The notes: generated by a model from the letters alone, not told the origin. DNA of 64,000 nucleotides from a virus (IMGVR_UViG_3300017987_000047); one strand, 5' to 3'. Positions 1 to 9,380 are shown, numbered from the stretch's first letter. Numbers and translations: made by a program.

Positions 1-2
1 TT

Positions 3-308
3 ACGAAGTTTGAAAGAAACGGGGGAAATCTTAAAATCCGCATCGATTACCTTTTAATTGAGAAGATTAGGTTAATCGTATCAGCAGAGAAGCCAGAAGG
101 GAGACATAAACAGGAGATTAAGGCTTTGGAAGACCTTTATAAAGAACTTCCTAGCCTTCTCACTTCACCTAGAATACCTACCCGAACCCTGGCTAAAAGG
201 TGTAGAGTTTTACGAAAGATCTTTCAAGGGGAAGACTATGAAAAAGAAAAAGCAGCCCTGACAAATACGCTAAAGAAATACGATAATCTATTTTTTAAAA
301 GGGTATAG
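3..308 (+). CDS. hypothetical protein, 5' truncated by window edge
   Basis: Frame is open from base 3 to the TAG ending at 308; carries LLTSPRIPTRTLAK motif. Confidence 0.6.
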   Translation, partial: TKFERNGGNLKIRIDYLLIEKIRLIVSAEKPEGRHKQEIKALEDLYKELPSLLTSPRIPTRTLAKRCRVLRKIFQGEDYEKEKAALTNTLKKYDNLFFKRV

Positions 309-321
309 AAAGGTTAAGAAA

Positions 322-489
322 ATGACTAAGAAAGAGGCTTTGAGCCAATTTAAGGAATTTCATATGCCAAACATTCCAAGCAACGATAAACCTGCACTTC
401 GGCAGGCTTGGAATGATTACACAGACTATCTTTGTAAAGATAAACAAATTTCATTAAAACAATATGAAACTTGGGACAATCCCTTCTAA
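322..489 (+). CDS. small hypothetical phage protein (55 aa)
   Basis: Manual translation MTKKEALSQFKEFHMPNIPSNDKPALRQAWNDYTDYLCKDKQISLKQYETWDNPF; purine-rich leader; below ORF-track cutoff. Confidence 0.65.
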   Translation: MTKKEALSQFKEFHMPNIPSNDKPALRQAWNDYTDYLCKDKQISLKQYETWDNPF

Positions 490-503
490 CCTGTGTATAT
501 TAG

Positions 504-574
504 TTTAGGGTGATAACTAAAGTATTTGGCGTTGCAAACGCACGGGCGATCCCCAAATTCAGTTATCACCCAAA
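504..574 (+). ncRNA. candidate small structured RNA (three-way junction)
   Basis: GGGTGATAACT/AGTTATCACCC 11-bp stem enclosing ATTTG/CAAAT, GCGTT-GCA-AACGC and GGG-CGAT-CCC. Confidence 0.3.
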
Positions 575-590
575 TCTATTTTAAACTCCA

Positions 591-619
591 TCGTTTATCT
601 TTTAGCCTTCCCCATATAT
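591..619 (+). promoter_or_regulatory. bipartite promoter-like motif TCGTTTAWY-N8-TTCCCYATAT
   Basis: TCGTTTATC-ttttagcc-TTCCCCATATAT; recurs with the same spacing at 9352 and 35289. Confidence 0.55.
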
Positions 620-656
620 TTATAAATGCCAATACCCCAACCGTCAAGGGGCTTCA

Positions 657-1082
657 ATGGGTTTGCCTGGATACCTAGGAATGCAAAAGTATTACGAAAA
701 CGAGGAAATAAAAAACTTGGGATATTCTTCCCGGACTATCTATACAGGCCCAGACTTTGTAATCTGGGAAGGCCGTGCAGCCCAAACGTTTGCGGACAGT
801 TACTCTTTCGTAACTATTCGGGACGAGCGTTATGATTTCGAATATTATGGAGAAACACCGCTCTTGAGCCTAATCCGCGCTATTTTGGGGACAAAAGATG
901 ATCGGCTAATTCTAAAGGGCTTAAACGCTCTTCTTATTAAAGCGTATTTAGAGTATTTCCTAAAACACCCGGAAGACTTTATAAAACATATGGAAATACT
1001 TCAAGGACAACATTTCGAAGAGGGTCGCCGCGCAAAACAAGTTGAATTCCTTAGCGTTCTCGGAATCCATGAGGAGGAATAG
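657..1082 (+). CDS. hypothetical protein
   Basis: 141-aa ORF downstream of promoter-like motif. Confidence 0.65.
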   Translation: MGLPGYLGMQKYYENEEIKNLGYSSRTIYTGPDFVIWEGRAAQTFADSYSFVTIRDERYDFEYYGETPLLSLIRAILGTKDDRLILKGLNALLIKAYLEYFLKHPEDFIKHMEILQGQHFEEGRRAKQVEFLSVLGIHEEE

Positions 1083-1088
1083 TTAAAC

Positions 1089-2408
1089 ATGGCAACTGTC
1101 CTAAAACACCGTAGGTTCGTAAAAGTCGACACGAAGAGAAATAATAACAAGTATTGGTACATCACGCTTTATGATGATGGTACGGTCAAAACAGAATATG
1201 GCCGGGTGGGTTATAACGGACAAGTTTCTTCTGATGGCCCTTTTTCCCAGCCGGCAGCCGAGAGAAAATTCGAAAGCAAAATTAAATCAAAGTTAAGGGG
1301 GAAAAAGGACGGGGAAAAGGCATATACTGAAATCGATGTTTTAGAGGCGACTTCGGATACACCCAAAACGGCCAGCAAAGCAGTAGACCAAAAGAACTTA
1401 CGGCAACTGGCAGCAGAACAGATTGGGTCGGGGGATAAGGAAGTCACAAAGCTTGTGAGTTATCTCGTCAAGCAAAATATCCACACGATTGTGGAGAATA
1501 CGACAATTCAGTATAATGCTCAAACGGGCAACTTTTCAACGGCGTGTGGGACTGTTACTCTCGACACGATTGACGATGCTCGTAAGTTTTTGGAAAAGCT
1601 TGCGAAGCACGTTTCGAACAAAAGGTTTAAGGGTAAAATCGTTGAACGGAATTTAGAAAGCTATCTCACCTTAATCCCACAACACCTCGGAATGAAGGCA
1701 CCGGCGCTTGATCGGCTTTGCCCTGATCTCGATGCTGTGAAAAAGCAAAACCAACTATTGGATTCACTGGAAGCGGGTATTAGCGTTTTCAAACAATCCG
1801 CAACTCAGGATGAAGATAAAAAAGAAGACGATACACCAAAGGTTTGGGATGTGTCCCTCGCCCGAGTTGACGCTAAGAAAGAATTAGATCGCATCCGGCG
1901 GCTTTACCGGAAAACTGCTAAGTCCATGCACACCTCTTCTAGTTTGGATGTTAAGCGGGTATTTACTGTGCGGATTAAGCAAATGGCAGATGCCTTTGAA
2001 AAGAAAGGGAAAGCGATTGGAAATATTATGCAACTCTGGCATGGCACCCGGGTTGCCAATATTCTCTCAATCCTCGCAAAAGGCTTAATCATCCCACCCG
2101 CCCGATCTTCTCACTGCACAGGGAGGATGTTTGGGAATGGAGTTTATTTCTCGGACCAGTCAACAAAAGCGTTAAACTACTCTCACGGGTATTGGGGTGG
2201 GTTCAAGGACAACAATTGTTTTATGTTCCTTGCTGATGTCGCAATGGGTAAGACGTATACCCCACGTTCTTGGAGCGAACCTTTCCCGAAGGCTGGGCAC
2301 GACTCAACCTTTGCAAAGGCAAGCGTGAGTGGCGTGATGAACAATGAGATGATCGTCTACAAGCTTGCCCAATGTAACCTAGTTTACTTGGTTGAGTTTG
2401 GTAGCTAG
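1089..2408 (+). CDS. WGR-domain poly(ADP-ribose) polymerase (PARP) family ADP-ribosyltransferase
   Basis: N-terminal WGR-like NKYWYITL...EYGRVG; catalytic LWHGT, GRMFGNGVYF and NNEMIVY give the H-Y-E triad. Confidence 0.9.
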   Translation: MATVLKHRRFVKVDTKRNNNKYWYITLYDDGTVKTEYGRVGYNGQVSSDGPFSQPAAERKFESKIKSKLRGKKDGEKAYTEIDVLEATSDTPKTASKAVDQKNLRQLAAEQIGSGDKEVTKLVSYLVKQNIHTIVENTTIQYNAQTGNFSTACGTVTLDTIDDARKFLEKLAKHVSNKRFKGKIVERNLESYLTLIPQHLGMKAPALDRLCPDLDAVKKQNQLLDSLEAGISVFKQSATQDEDKKEDDTPKVWDVSLARVDAKKELDRIRRLYRKTAKSMHTSSSLDVKRVFTVRIKQMADAFEKKGKAIGNIMQLWHGTRVANILSILAKGLIIPPARSSHCTGRMFGNGVYFSDQSTKALNYSHGYWGGFKDNNCFMFLADVAMGKTYTPRSWSEPFPKAGHDSTFAKASVSGVMNNEMIVYKLAQCNLVYLVEFGS

Positions 2409-2418
2409 GGAAACTCCA

Positions 2419-3249
2419 ATGAAATGGACCGTTAAGAAAGTGGATCTTCCCGACGTCCTTGTTAAGGTAGAAAAAGAAGGGGAAAAATCCGAGGAGTGGA
2501 AGACAATCTTCGAACTACAAGTTGTCCACTCTAAAAGAGGGAAGTACGAACCAAAGGTAGGGGACGTTCTCCAATTCGGTCAAGCAGCAGCAGGGCTTGC
2601 GAGCTTCCTCCTTGACCTAGGAGACCCAAAGAAGCTGAGGCCAAAGATCAAGGTCCATTGGTCAATGCTTATTCTGCTTATCCCTTTAATTAGCACTTTA
2701 GCGACAAGCGGGATTCAAGCAGCTCTGACTCTACTGGGGCTCTGGGCCGCTCTCTATACTTTTGTAACGCTCCATGAGCTAGGGCATATGTTTGCTGCTT
2801 CTCGGCTAGGGTACCCAACGGGAAATATCTTACTAACCCCGATTGGTGGGCTAGCAATTGTTCAAATGGAGATGCCCCCAGCATCACATGAACTTATTGT
2901 TGCTTTAGCAGGCCCCCTTGTAAATGTTATTCTCGCAGGATTATTTGCGTTGGTTTGGTGGGCATTCCCAGTAGAAGTGGTGCTTACCTTATTAATGCTT
3001 AATATAATCCTCTTTGCTTTCAATATCTTTGTCTTTGCCTTTCCAATGGACGGGGGAAGAATCTTTAGGTCGATCTTGCGTTTCTGTGGCTTGGATTTTA
3101 GAAAGGCAACAAAAGTAGCGATCTACGTATCGTTTATATTGTTAGGGGGCCTTGGAATTCTTGGGGTCTTTATTGGGCACTTCTTTATGGTAATAATCGC
3201 CGTTTTTCTCAGTCTTCTAAATGTTAAGCAATTGAAAACGTTGGGGTAA
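2419..3249 (+). CDS. site-2 protease, peptidase M50 (SpoIVFB-like)
   Basis: HELGH zinc motif, AGPLVN, FPMDGGR, several hydrophobic segments. Confidence 0.88.
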   Translation: MKWTVKKVDLPDVLVKVEKEGEKSEEWKTIFELQVVHSKRGKYEPKVGDVLQFGQAAAGLASFLLDLGDPKKLRPKIKVHWSMLILLIPLISTLATSGIQAALTLLGLWAALYTFVTLHELGHMFAASRLGYPTGNILLTPIGGLAIVQMEMPPASHELIVALAGPLVNVILAGLFALVWWAFPVEVVLTLLMLNIILFAFNIFVFAFPMDGGRIFRSILRFCGLDFRKATKVAIYVSFILLGGLGILGVFIGHFFMVIIAVFLSLLNVKQLKTLG

Positions 3250-3309
3250 TATTCACACGATTTAGGGCTTGATTAAGCCATTTTTTAGGCACGTTTACGG
3301 AGAAAGTAC

Positions 3310-3672
3310 ATGCGGGGCTTGGTTAAATTCGGAACAGTATTCGCTTATGTCCTACTTCTTTTAGCAACCCAGATGTTTATGGTTGCAAAGGACAGCAGGC
3401 TATTGAATAGCCACGCACAACTAGAAGGAGCGTTAGAAACCATTGATGTAACTGGTCCCGGAAACTATTTTGTGCCCTACAAGGGTGATCCCATTATGGA
3501 TGTTTGGGGAAATCCAATTGATATTACCTATACAGCCACGAGCTACACGAATACCGTCTTTGTTTGTTCGGCGGGGCCAGACCAAGAAATGGGTACCGAG
3601 GACGACATTGTATACGGGCGGATGTATACTCTTACTGACATGATTCCTCTAACCCTAGCCTGGGCTAACTAA
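3310..3672 (+). CDS. membrane-anchored protein with GspG/pseudopilin-like C-terminal motif
   Basis: N-terminal TM; DVWGNP...SAGPDQEMGTEDDI resembles the GspG DPWGxxY...SxGPDGxxGTxDD motif. Confidence 0.55.
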   Translation: MRGLVKFGTVFAYVLLLLATQMFMVAKDSRLLNSHAQLEGALETIDVTGPGNYFVPYKGDPIMDVWGNPIDITYTATSYTNTVFVCSAGPDQEMGTEDDIVYGRMYTLTDMIPLTLAWAN

Positions 3673-3718
3673 AACTGTTGAATCCCCCTACATGTCCTTT
3701 TGCCTAAGGAAATTGAAA

Positions 3719-3958
3719 ATGCAAGAGTACGTCAACACTAATATTTCTAATCTAATTGGTTTCGTCCCAGAACCCGAGGAGTTCTGGACCAAAACAGAAA
3801 GAATTGAAAAGGCAGAAAAACAATTAATGGAAAAATTCGATGCTGAGAAAATCAGGCTAATGCCTCCTGGTTGCGCAATGACCTGCGATTTTTGGCCAAA
3901 CCGCCTTAACCTCGTTGTTGATACAGATGGCCTAATCATATCTATCGGTAAAGGTTAG
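3719..3958 (+). CDS. peptidase inhibitor I78 family protein
   Basis: IRLMPPGCAMTCDFWPNRLNLVVDTDGLI matches the I78 pattern PGxxxTxDxxPxRLN. Confidence 0.7.
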   Translation: MQEYVNTNISNLIGFVPEPEEFWTKTERIEKAEKQLMEKFDAEKIRLMPPGCAMTCDFWPNRLNLVVDTDGLIISIGKG

Positions 3959-3994
3959 TTCTAGTTTCCCCTTCCTTCCCCTAGGAGCTTGAAA

Positions 3995-4723
3995 ATGAAT
4001 CTCGATTCACTAGTCCGTGCAGCAGTTAATCGGTTTGTCGACTTTGAGAAACCCTTCACCGCTTTCGATATTACTCGGAAGTTGCGGCATGACGGGCATA
4101 AAGTTCGTCATGGCGGCGTGAAGAAGGTTGTCCACGAAATCTTCCTTCAAGGAGATTTATCTGACGTGGGCTACGAGAGAGGGCTCATCTCCATTCCGAA
4201 TGTGAATGAACAACCTTTCTTGTACTATCCCTTTGACTTTGACATTGAAGACTACGAGTCTGAGTTCAATGATGAATTCATTGAAAACAGCAAGAAAGTT
4301 GAAGATGAGGACGAAGAGGAGGACGAGGATAACGGTAAAGCTAAGACAGCCCCAACAAAAAAATCTGCTCAAATCAAGAAACCAAAGAAACCCACTAAGA
4401 AAAATATAACCCTGCCTCCAGCAGTAAAAAGGAGAACCACTCAGGACTACCGCGTAACCATCCCAGCAAAGATCTTCCGAAAATGGGGGCTGAAACATAA
4501 GGATAAGATTTATGTCTCGGTGAATCAAAATAACCCAGTGCTGGGGCCTTGTCTGGAAATCACAGCACACCAACCTTCCTCAGCAAAAACTTTCCGAATT
4601 ACCAAACGCAATGACTGTAGGCTCCCTGGAAGTCTTCTCAAAGAAATTGCCGTAAATCATCCAGGCCAAGTTGAGATCCTCCCGAGCGTTACCACTTCTT
4701 CCCTTCTTATTACTTCTGCCTAA
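3995..4723 (+). CDS. hypothetical protein, possible C-terminal AbrB-like DNA-binding domain
   Basis: AGGAG RBS; acidic/basic linker; YRVTIPAKIFRKWGLKHKDKI resembles AbrB. Confidence 0.55.
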   Translation: MNLDSLVRAAVNRFVDFEKPFTAFDITRKLRHDGHKVRHGGVKKVVHEIFLQGDLSDVGYERGLISIPNVNEQPFLYYPFDFDIEDYESEFNDEFIENSKKVEDEDEEEDEDNGKAKTAPTKKSAQIKKPKKPTKKNITLPPAVKRRTTQDYRVTIPAKIFRKWGLKHKDKIYVSVNQNNPVLGPCLEITAHQPSSAKTFRITKRNDCRLPGSLLKEIAVNHPGQVEILPSVTTSSLLITSA

Positions 4724-4738
4724 AAAGGAGAATCATCC

Positions 4739-5914
4739 ATGGCGACGAAGAAAAAGGCCAAGAAAAAGTCTGGCACAGCACAACAACCCGACCCCACCCA
4801 GATGGCACAACCCGACCCCACCCAGATGGCACAGCCAATGGCACAACCAATGCCCGGAATGATGCCACAACAGCAGATGCCAATGCCCGGGATGCAGCAA
4901 CAGATGCCGCAGCAACAGATGCCGCAGCAACAGATGAACCCAATGGCTATGATGCAGATGATGATGCAAATGGCCGGAGGGGGTATGCAAGGCATGCAAG
5001 CGGACCCCGCTTCCGCGCCTTTCCAAGCGGGGGCCCAAACAGAACCGGACGACGATCCCGGGTTGGACTCTGGAGTTATCCGCCCCGCGACTCTAGAAGA
5101 CTTAGTAAAAACCCAGGAAGCCCTTAAGATGGGGAATATTCTTGATTTCCTCTGCTTAACGGAGGATGGAAAGAATGCTCTTGGCGGCCTCCCGATGGGT
5201 TGCACTATGGCACTCGCTGGCCCTCCCGGCAAAGGGAAAACCCGTACTGCCCTTGGCGCTTTATGCCGAATCGCAGCAACGGGAAAGAAATGTGCCTTCG
5301 TTGTTGCTGAAGAAGGTTTCCACAATGACGTTGATTCGGGCCGTGATGACCTAGCCTCCCGTCTTGCTAAGATTGGAATGCAAGTTACGGGGCTAAGCGA
5401 AAGCGATTTCCGCGAAAAAGTGCTTGAGAACATTTACGTGATGGAATCCCAATACCATCGGGGGCAGACTTGGGATGACTTTGTCACTAAGTACCGGTAC
5501 CTGGTGGAAAAAGAAGAAATCGAGTTTGTGATTGTTGATTCGCTAAACATGCTCGATCCGTCGAGAAACCATACTGCGGATAACCTGGCAGCGTTGAAAA
5601 CATACAACCACGAACAAGGGGTTACCTGCCTCTGTATCGGACAAATTAAAGATACAGGTGGCCCTGTTGGGGGTGAAGCCCTTCAACACACAGCCGATGC
5701 TGTTTTCCTCATTGAAGAGATGGGGTTAGGCAGCAAAGAAATCGCTGCGAAGTGGGGTGGGAATTATCGGGATAAGATTGATGTGGTTCGTGCAACCAAG
5801 AGTGTTACCACTCCCATCTTCTCACATCCGATTCGGATTTCGCTTTCAACAGGCGAATTGTTAGTCCACGACGACCAACCAGACGAGTATAAAGTCCTAG
5901 GTATTAAGGACTAA
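4739..5914 (+). CDS. RecA-superfamily (RadA/KaiC-like) ATPase with Gln/Met/Pro-rich N-terminus
   Basis: Walker A GPPGKGKT, Walker B VIVDS, GGEALQHTADAVFLIE similar to RadA/Sms. Confidence 0.8.
   Translation: MATKKKAKKKSGTAQQPDPTQMAQPDPTQMAQPMAQPMPGMMPQQQMPMPGMQQQMPQQQMPQQQMNPMAMMQMMMQMAGGGMQGMQADPASAPFQAGAQTEPDDDPGLDSGVIRPATLEDLVKTQEALKMGNILDFLCLTEDGKNALGGLPMGCTMALAGPPGKGKTRTALGALCRIAATGKKCAFVVAEEGFHNDVDSGRDDLASRLAKIGMQVTGLSESDFREKVLENIYVMESQYHRGQTWDDFVTKYRYLVEKEEIEFVIVDSLNMLDPSRNHTADNLAALKTYNHEQGVTCLCIGQIKDTGGPVGGEALQHTADAVFLIEEMGLGSKEIAAKWGGNYRDKIDVVRATKSVTTPIFSHPIRISLSTGELLVHDDQPDEYKVLGIKD
4784..4831 (+). repeat. 24-bp perfect tandem repeat (QPDPTQMA x2); 15-bp repeats at 4901-4930
   Basis: CAACCCGACCCCACCCAGATGGCA twice; CAGATGCCGCAGCAA twice. 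Confidence 0.9.
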
Positions 5915-5928
5915 GGGCCGATCTCTCT

Positions 5929-5954
5929 TCTACCGCCCGTGCGGTAGATTTTCT
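5929..5954 (+). terminator. probable intrinsic terminator
   Basis: TCTACCGC-CCGT-GCGGTAGA then TTTTCT. Confidence 0.55.
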
Positions 5955-5979
5955 ATCTACTAGCACAGGGAGATTAAGT

Positions 5980-6576
5980 ATGATGACCCAACCTTTTAAA
6001 GCACTAAGCCCATTCTTTTTTCGGCTAGAACTACATCTTTGCCTGGAAGTCCCAGGAGAAAAAATATGGAAAAAACGATTTATTGACCTTGTAGAAGGCG
6101 ATAATGATATTGTGCCAAAGGTCCTCTATTTTAGGGCAGAGCGAAATGTTCTAACAGAAGAGGATCTTAAGGTCATTGTTGCCCACGAATTTTACCATAA
6201 CCCTTATCATGAGTTCGGGGAGGATAAAAGGAAACTTAAAGTTAATGAAATTGATTTTATTGACTGTAGGGCTATTACTTGGAGCAAAAATACATATGGA
6301 GAAAAACAAGTATTAGAATACCCTAATCTTGGATATATCCAAATGAAATTGCGGAGAGACTTTTTGTATTCGGTCTCTCAGGTGCCATATACAACAGCGG
6401 GGACCATGACAACATTTCAGTTTGAAATTGAACAAATTAAGATTTACGAAGCCCCTCCAAAGTTAGAAACGTTTTTAACAACGCAGGATAAAGTAACGAG
6501 GGAATGGGCAAAAAGAGAGAAAGAATTTAAGGCGAGAAAAGAGGAAGAAGCAGACTCACGTCGAGGGAGATTTTAA
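5980..6576 (+). CDS. hypothetical protein
   Basis: 198-aa ORF; carries FLTTQDKVTREWAK motif. Confidence 0.65.
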   Translation: MMTQPFKALSPFFFRLELHLCLEVPGEKIWKKRFIDLVEGDNDIVPKVLYFRAERNVLTEEDLKVIVAHEFYHNPYHEFGEDKRKLKVNEIDFIDCRAITWSKNTYGEKQVLEYPNLGYIQMKLRRDFLYSVSQVPYTTAGTMTTFQFEIEQIKIYEAPPKLETFLTTQDKVTREWAKREKEFKARKEEEADSRRGRF

Positions 6577-6581
6577 TTATA

Positions 6582-6998
6582 ATGTTAATGCACGAGTCCC
6601 AAGGGATACTACGTTACGAAAAAACAGATACTTGGTACAGGCTTACTGTAGAAGTTGATCGAGGCCTCTCAGATTATTACCGTAATCTAATTCCTAAGTG
6701 GCATTACGTTCAACCACAAAAATGGCCAGCGCATATAACAGTAGTGCGGCCGATTAAAGAAACCCCCGTAACCTTAGAATATTGGGATAGGTATGAAGGG
6801 GAAGAAATTAATTTCTTTTACGAACCTTATGTTTATTCTGGAAGAGTCTATTATTGGTTGAATATCTGGTGCGCCCGGTTAGAGGACATCCGCAGAGAAT
6901 TAGGAATGCCGGTTACGAGTCCATATACTTTACCCCCAGAGGGTTTTGCAAAATGTTTCCACTGCACGATTGGGAATAAAAAAGAAAGGCCACAATGA
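6582..6998 (+). CDS. 2H phosphoesterase family protein
   Basis: Two HxT motifs: PAHITVV and FHCTIG. Confidence 0.7.
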   Translation: MLMHESQGILRYEKTDTWYRLTVEVDRGLSDYYRNLIPKWHYVQPQKWPAHITVVRPIKETPVTLEYWDRYEGEEINFFYEPYVYSGRVYYWLNIWCARLEDIRRELGMPVTSPYTLPPEGFAKCFHCTIGNKKERPQ

Positions 6999-7357
6999 AA
7001 ACGTATTTCGTTAGCGGGCATCTTAAAATATCTAGTGACGAATTTGAAGAGCATTATATCCCGCTTTTGGAAAAAGCTCTTAGCGAAGGAGCCCAGTTTG
7101 TTGTGGGTGATGCACGCGGAACAGACGCAAAAGCCCAACAATGGCTTTCTGGGCAGGGTGCTAATGCTGTTGTTTATCATATGTTTGAAAACCCCAGAAA
7201 TAATGTTGGAAACTTTCCTACCAAGGGAGGCTTCGAATCCGACTCCGAACGGGATACGGCTATGACTCAATCAAGTGATTTTGATATTGCCTGGGTTCGC
7301 CCTGGAAGAGAATCTTCGGGGACTGCAAAGAACCTGGCCAGAAGGAAAGCTAATTAA
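6995..7357 (+). CDS. SLOG superfamily (YspA-like) protein
   Basis: FVSGH, VVGDARGTD, ERDTAM, SSGTAKN motifs. Confidence 0.7.
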   Translation: MKTYFVSGHLKISSDEFEEHYIPLLEKALSEGAQFVVGDARGTDAKAQQWLSGQGANAVVYHMFENPRNNVGNFPTKGGFESDSERDTAMTQSSDFDIAWVRPGRESSGTAKNLARRKAN

Positions 7358-7420
7358 TCAGATTCTTTGCAAAAACGCTAATTCCGCAGGTAAGCTTGAA
7401 GTTAAACAGAAGGATTGAAA

Positions 7421-9328
7421 ATGAAAGTTGTTAACGAAAAAGATCTTCGTGACTGGATGCAAGATTCTGATAACTTACATAACACTATTAAGTCTATTGG
7501 GCACAAAAAGTTGAGCGATGAATATTTCTCAGAAACTATCGGGCTCCCAACCCACCTTAAATTCCTAGCTGAGGAGCTGGGAAGTATTAAACAACTTACC
7601 TCAATTCCATTCTATAGCCTTTGTAAAGGGCTTTTTCTCCCTCTCACCGGGATGTATCAGGATAAGGCCGCAAGTCTTTTTGGGGTTGAAATTGACCCAC
7701 CACTTAAAAAGGACGCAAGAGAGAAACTTCTTAGCGACTTCCTTGAGAAAGATTTAGGGCTATCTCTTGTTCAGAAAATTAGTTGTGTATTAGGGGACCC
7801 CTTCCAAGGTAAAGCAAGTAGGTTTAAAAGAGATAGCCTCCTTCGGCTACTTAAATCGTTACGTATTGTCCCTAACCAAGAAGTAATGGATCGCCTTTCC
7901 CAGGTTGGGGATATAGCAATTCTATTTTCGGAAGGAAAACAGGACCTAAAAGTCGAGCCACGTTTAACCGCCGCTGAAGTCTTGTGGGTTCTTTACCTGC
8001 TTCCAAAACAAAAGCGTAACAAGCAATTTGAATTATTACGTTCCCTCTTTGGGCGGTGTGGCAAGCTTGAGGCTTATTTCCTCTCCAAGTTAATTCTAAA
8101 GCGTGCCGGTTTTGGGTTCGATTATGAAGGGGCACAGATTGCTCAAGCAATGGGCAAGCAATACAAGGTATCTGAAGAGCTTGTAAAAAGTGCGATGGCA
8201 CTAACAGATACTTTTACGGTTGCTCATACTTTAATGGAAAAGGGCAAGAAGGGGTTAGAAGAAATTCAACTTCAACCCTTAACCCCCATTCGGCCTGCCC
8301 TTGCAATGGGCTCGTCTGATGGTGTAAAGAAATTCCCAACATGGGTTGAACGGAAGTATGATGGAATTCGTTTAATGCTTCATAAGTCAACAGACCTAAA
8401 TGGGTCTGTTCTTTGTGGGGCATATACGAGAAGAAGAAATGATTGGCTGGAGCTCGTCCCAGGGCTGGATACGACCATTAAGATGCTCCCCTGCCAAACT
8501 GCTATATTGGATGGGGAATTATATGGGACAGTCATGGATCTTGATGGGGTCCGGCTAGCTTCTGTATATGAAGTTTATGCAGCTCTTCAGGGCGCAGGAA
8601 ACTCTCCAGTTAATCTAAAATTCGCAGCCTTTGATGTAATTTATCTTAATGGGCAAGATTTAACTCAACAACCATTGAGGGCAAGACGGCAATTCCTTCA
8701 AAACTTGGTAGTACCTATTGGGGCCATGCCCTTACCAGTACCAATCGTAATGGCAGAGGGGCAACTAGCACAAGATTCCAAAGACGTTAATCGCCTTTAT
8801 CAGCACTTCCGCTCACAAGGGTACGAAGGGATTATTACAAAAGACTTAGAAGGCCCTTATCGCTTAGCCCAACGTGATCCTTCTTGGTTGAAGCGGAAAC
8901 CCGAAATCACCCTGGATCTAGTTATTTTGGGCGCTATTCTTGCTGTCACTTCAAAGAAGACAGCTGGGATGTACGGCTCTTATGTCGTTGGGGCGAAGAA
9001 TAACAAAGGCGAGTTTGTTTATGTTGGGGATGTGGCCGGGGTGGATGTTCAAAGGGACCAACAGATCCAACAAGAAATTATGCGGGAAGGGCTTATGACC
9101 GGACAAAGAATTGAAAGAACAGGCGCGGGAGGAAAACGGACTGGGTTTGAGTTGCGGCCCCATATTGTAATCACAATTAAATTTGAAGGAATCGTAAAGG
9201 ATTTCAAAACTGGGGAACTTAGCCTCCGAGACCCAAAACTGGCGTATATTCGGTCAGATAAATCGGCGCTAGAAGCCGATACGGTTAAGTCGATTGAAGA
9301 ACTGTACCTCAAACAAAGAGTTGGCTAA
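7421..9328 (+). CDS. ATP-dependent DNA ligase with N-terminal DNA-binding domain
   Basis: Motif I ERKYDG, LDGE, FDVI, EGIITK, WLKRK, C-terminal OB fold. Confidence 0.92.
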   Translation: MKVVNEKDLRDWMQDSDNLHNTIKSIGHKKLSDEYFSETIGLPTHLKFLAEELGSIKQLTSIPFYSLCKGLFLPLTGMYQDKAASLFGVEIDPPLKKDAREKLLSDFLEKDLGLSLVQKISCVLGDPFQGKASRFKRDSLLRLLKSLRIVPNQEVMDRLSQVGDIAILFSEGKQDLKVEPRLTAAEVLWVLYLLPKQKRNKQFELLRSLFGRCGKLEAYFLSKLILKRAGFGFDYEGAQIAQAMGKQYKVSEELVKSAMALTDTFTVAHTLMEKGKKGLEEIQLQPLTPIRPALAMGSSDGVKKFPTWVERKYDGIRLMLHKSTDLNGSVLCGAYTRRRNDWLELVPGLDTTIKMLPCQTAILDGELYGTVMDLDGVRLASVYEVYAALQGAGNSPVNLKFAAFDVIYLNGQDLTQQPLRARRQFLQNLVVPIGAMPLPVPIVMAEGQLAQDSKDVNRLYQHFRSQGYEGIITKDLEGPYRLAQRDPSWLKRKPEITLDLVILGAILAVTSKKTAGMYGSYVVGAKNNKGEFVYVGDVAGVDVQRDQQIQQEIMREGLMTGQRIERTGAGGKRTGFELRPHIVITIKFEGIVKDFKTGELSLRDPKLAYIRSDKSALEADTVKSIEELYLKQRVG

Positions 9329-9351
9329 AGTTCTCCAAAGTTTTAATTCTA

Positions 9352-9380
9352 TCGTTTAACATATAAGCTTCCCTATATTT
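9352..9380 (+). promoter_or_regulatory. bipartite promoter-like motif, copy 2
   Basis: TCGTTTAAC-atataagc-TTCCCTATATTT. Confidence 0.55.

Noticed and set aside
4671-5433. Overlapping alternative-frame and antisense ORFs (4671+, 4710-, 4720-, 4733-)
   Set aside because: They are artefacts of the low-complexity repeat inside the ATPase gene.
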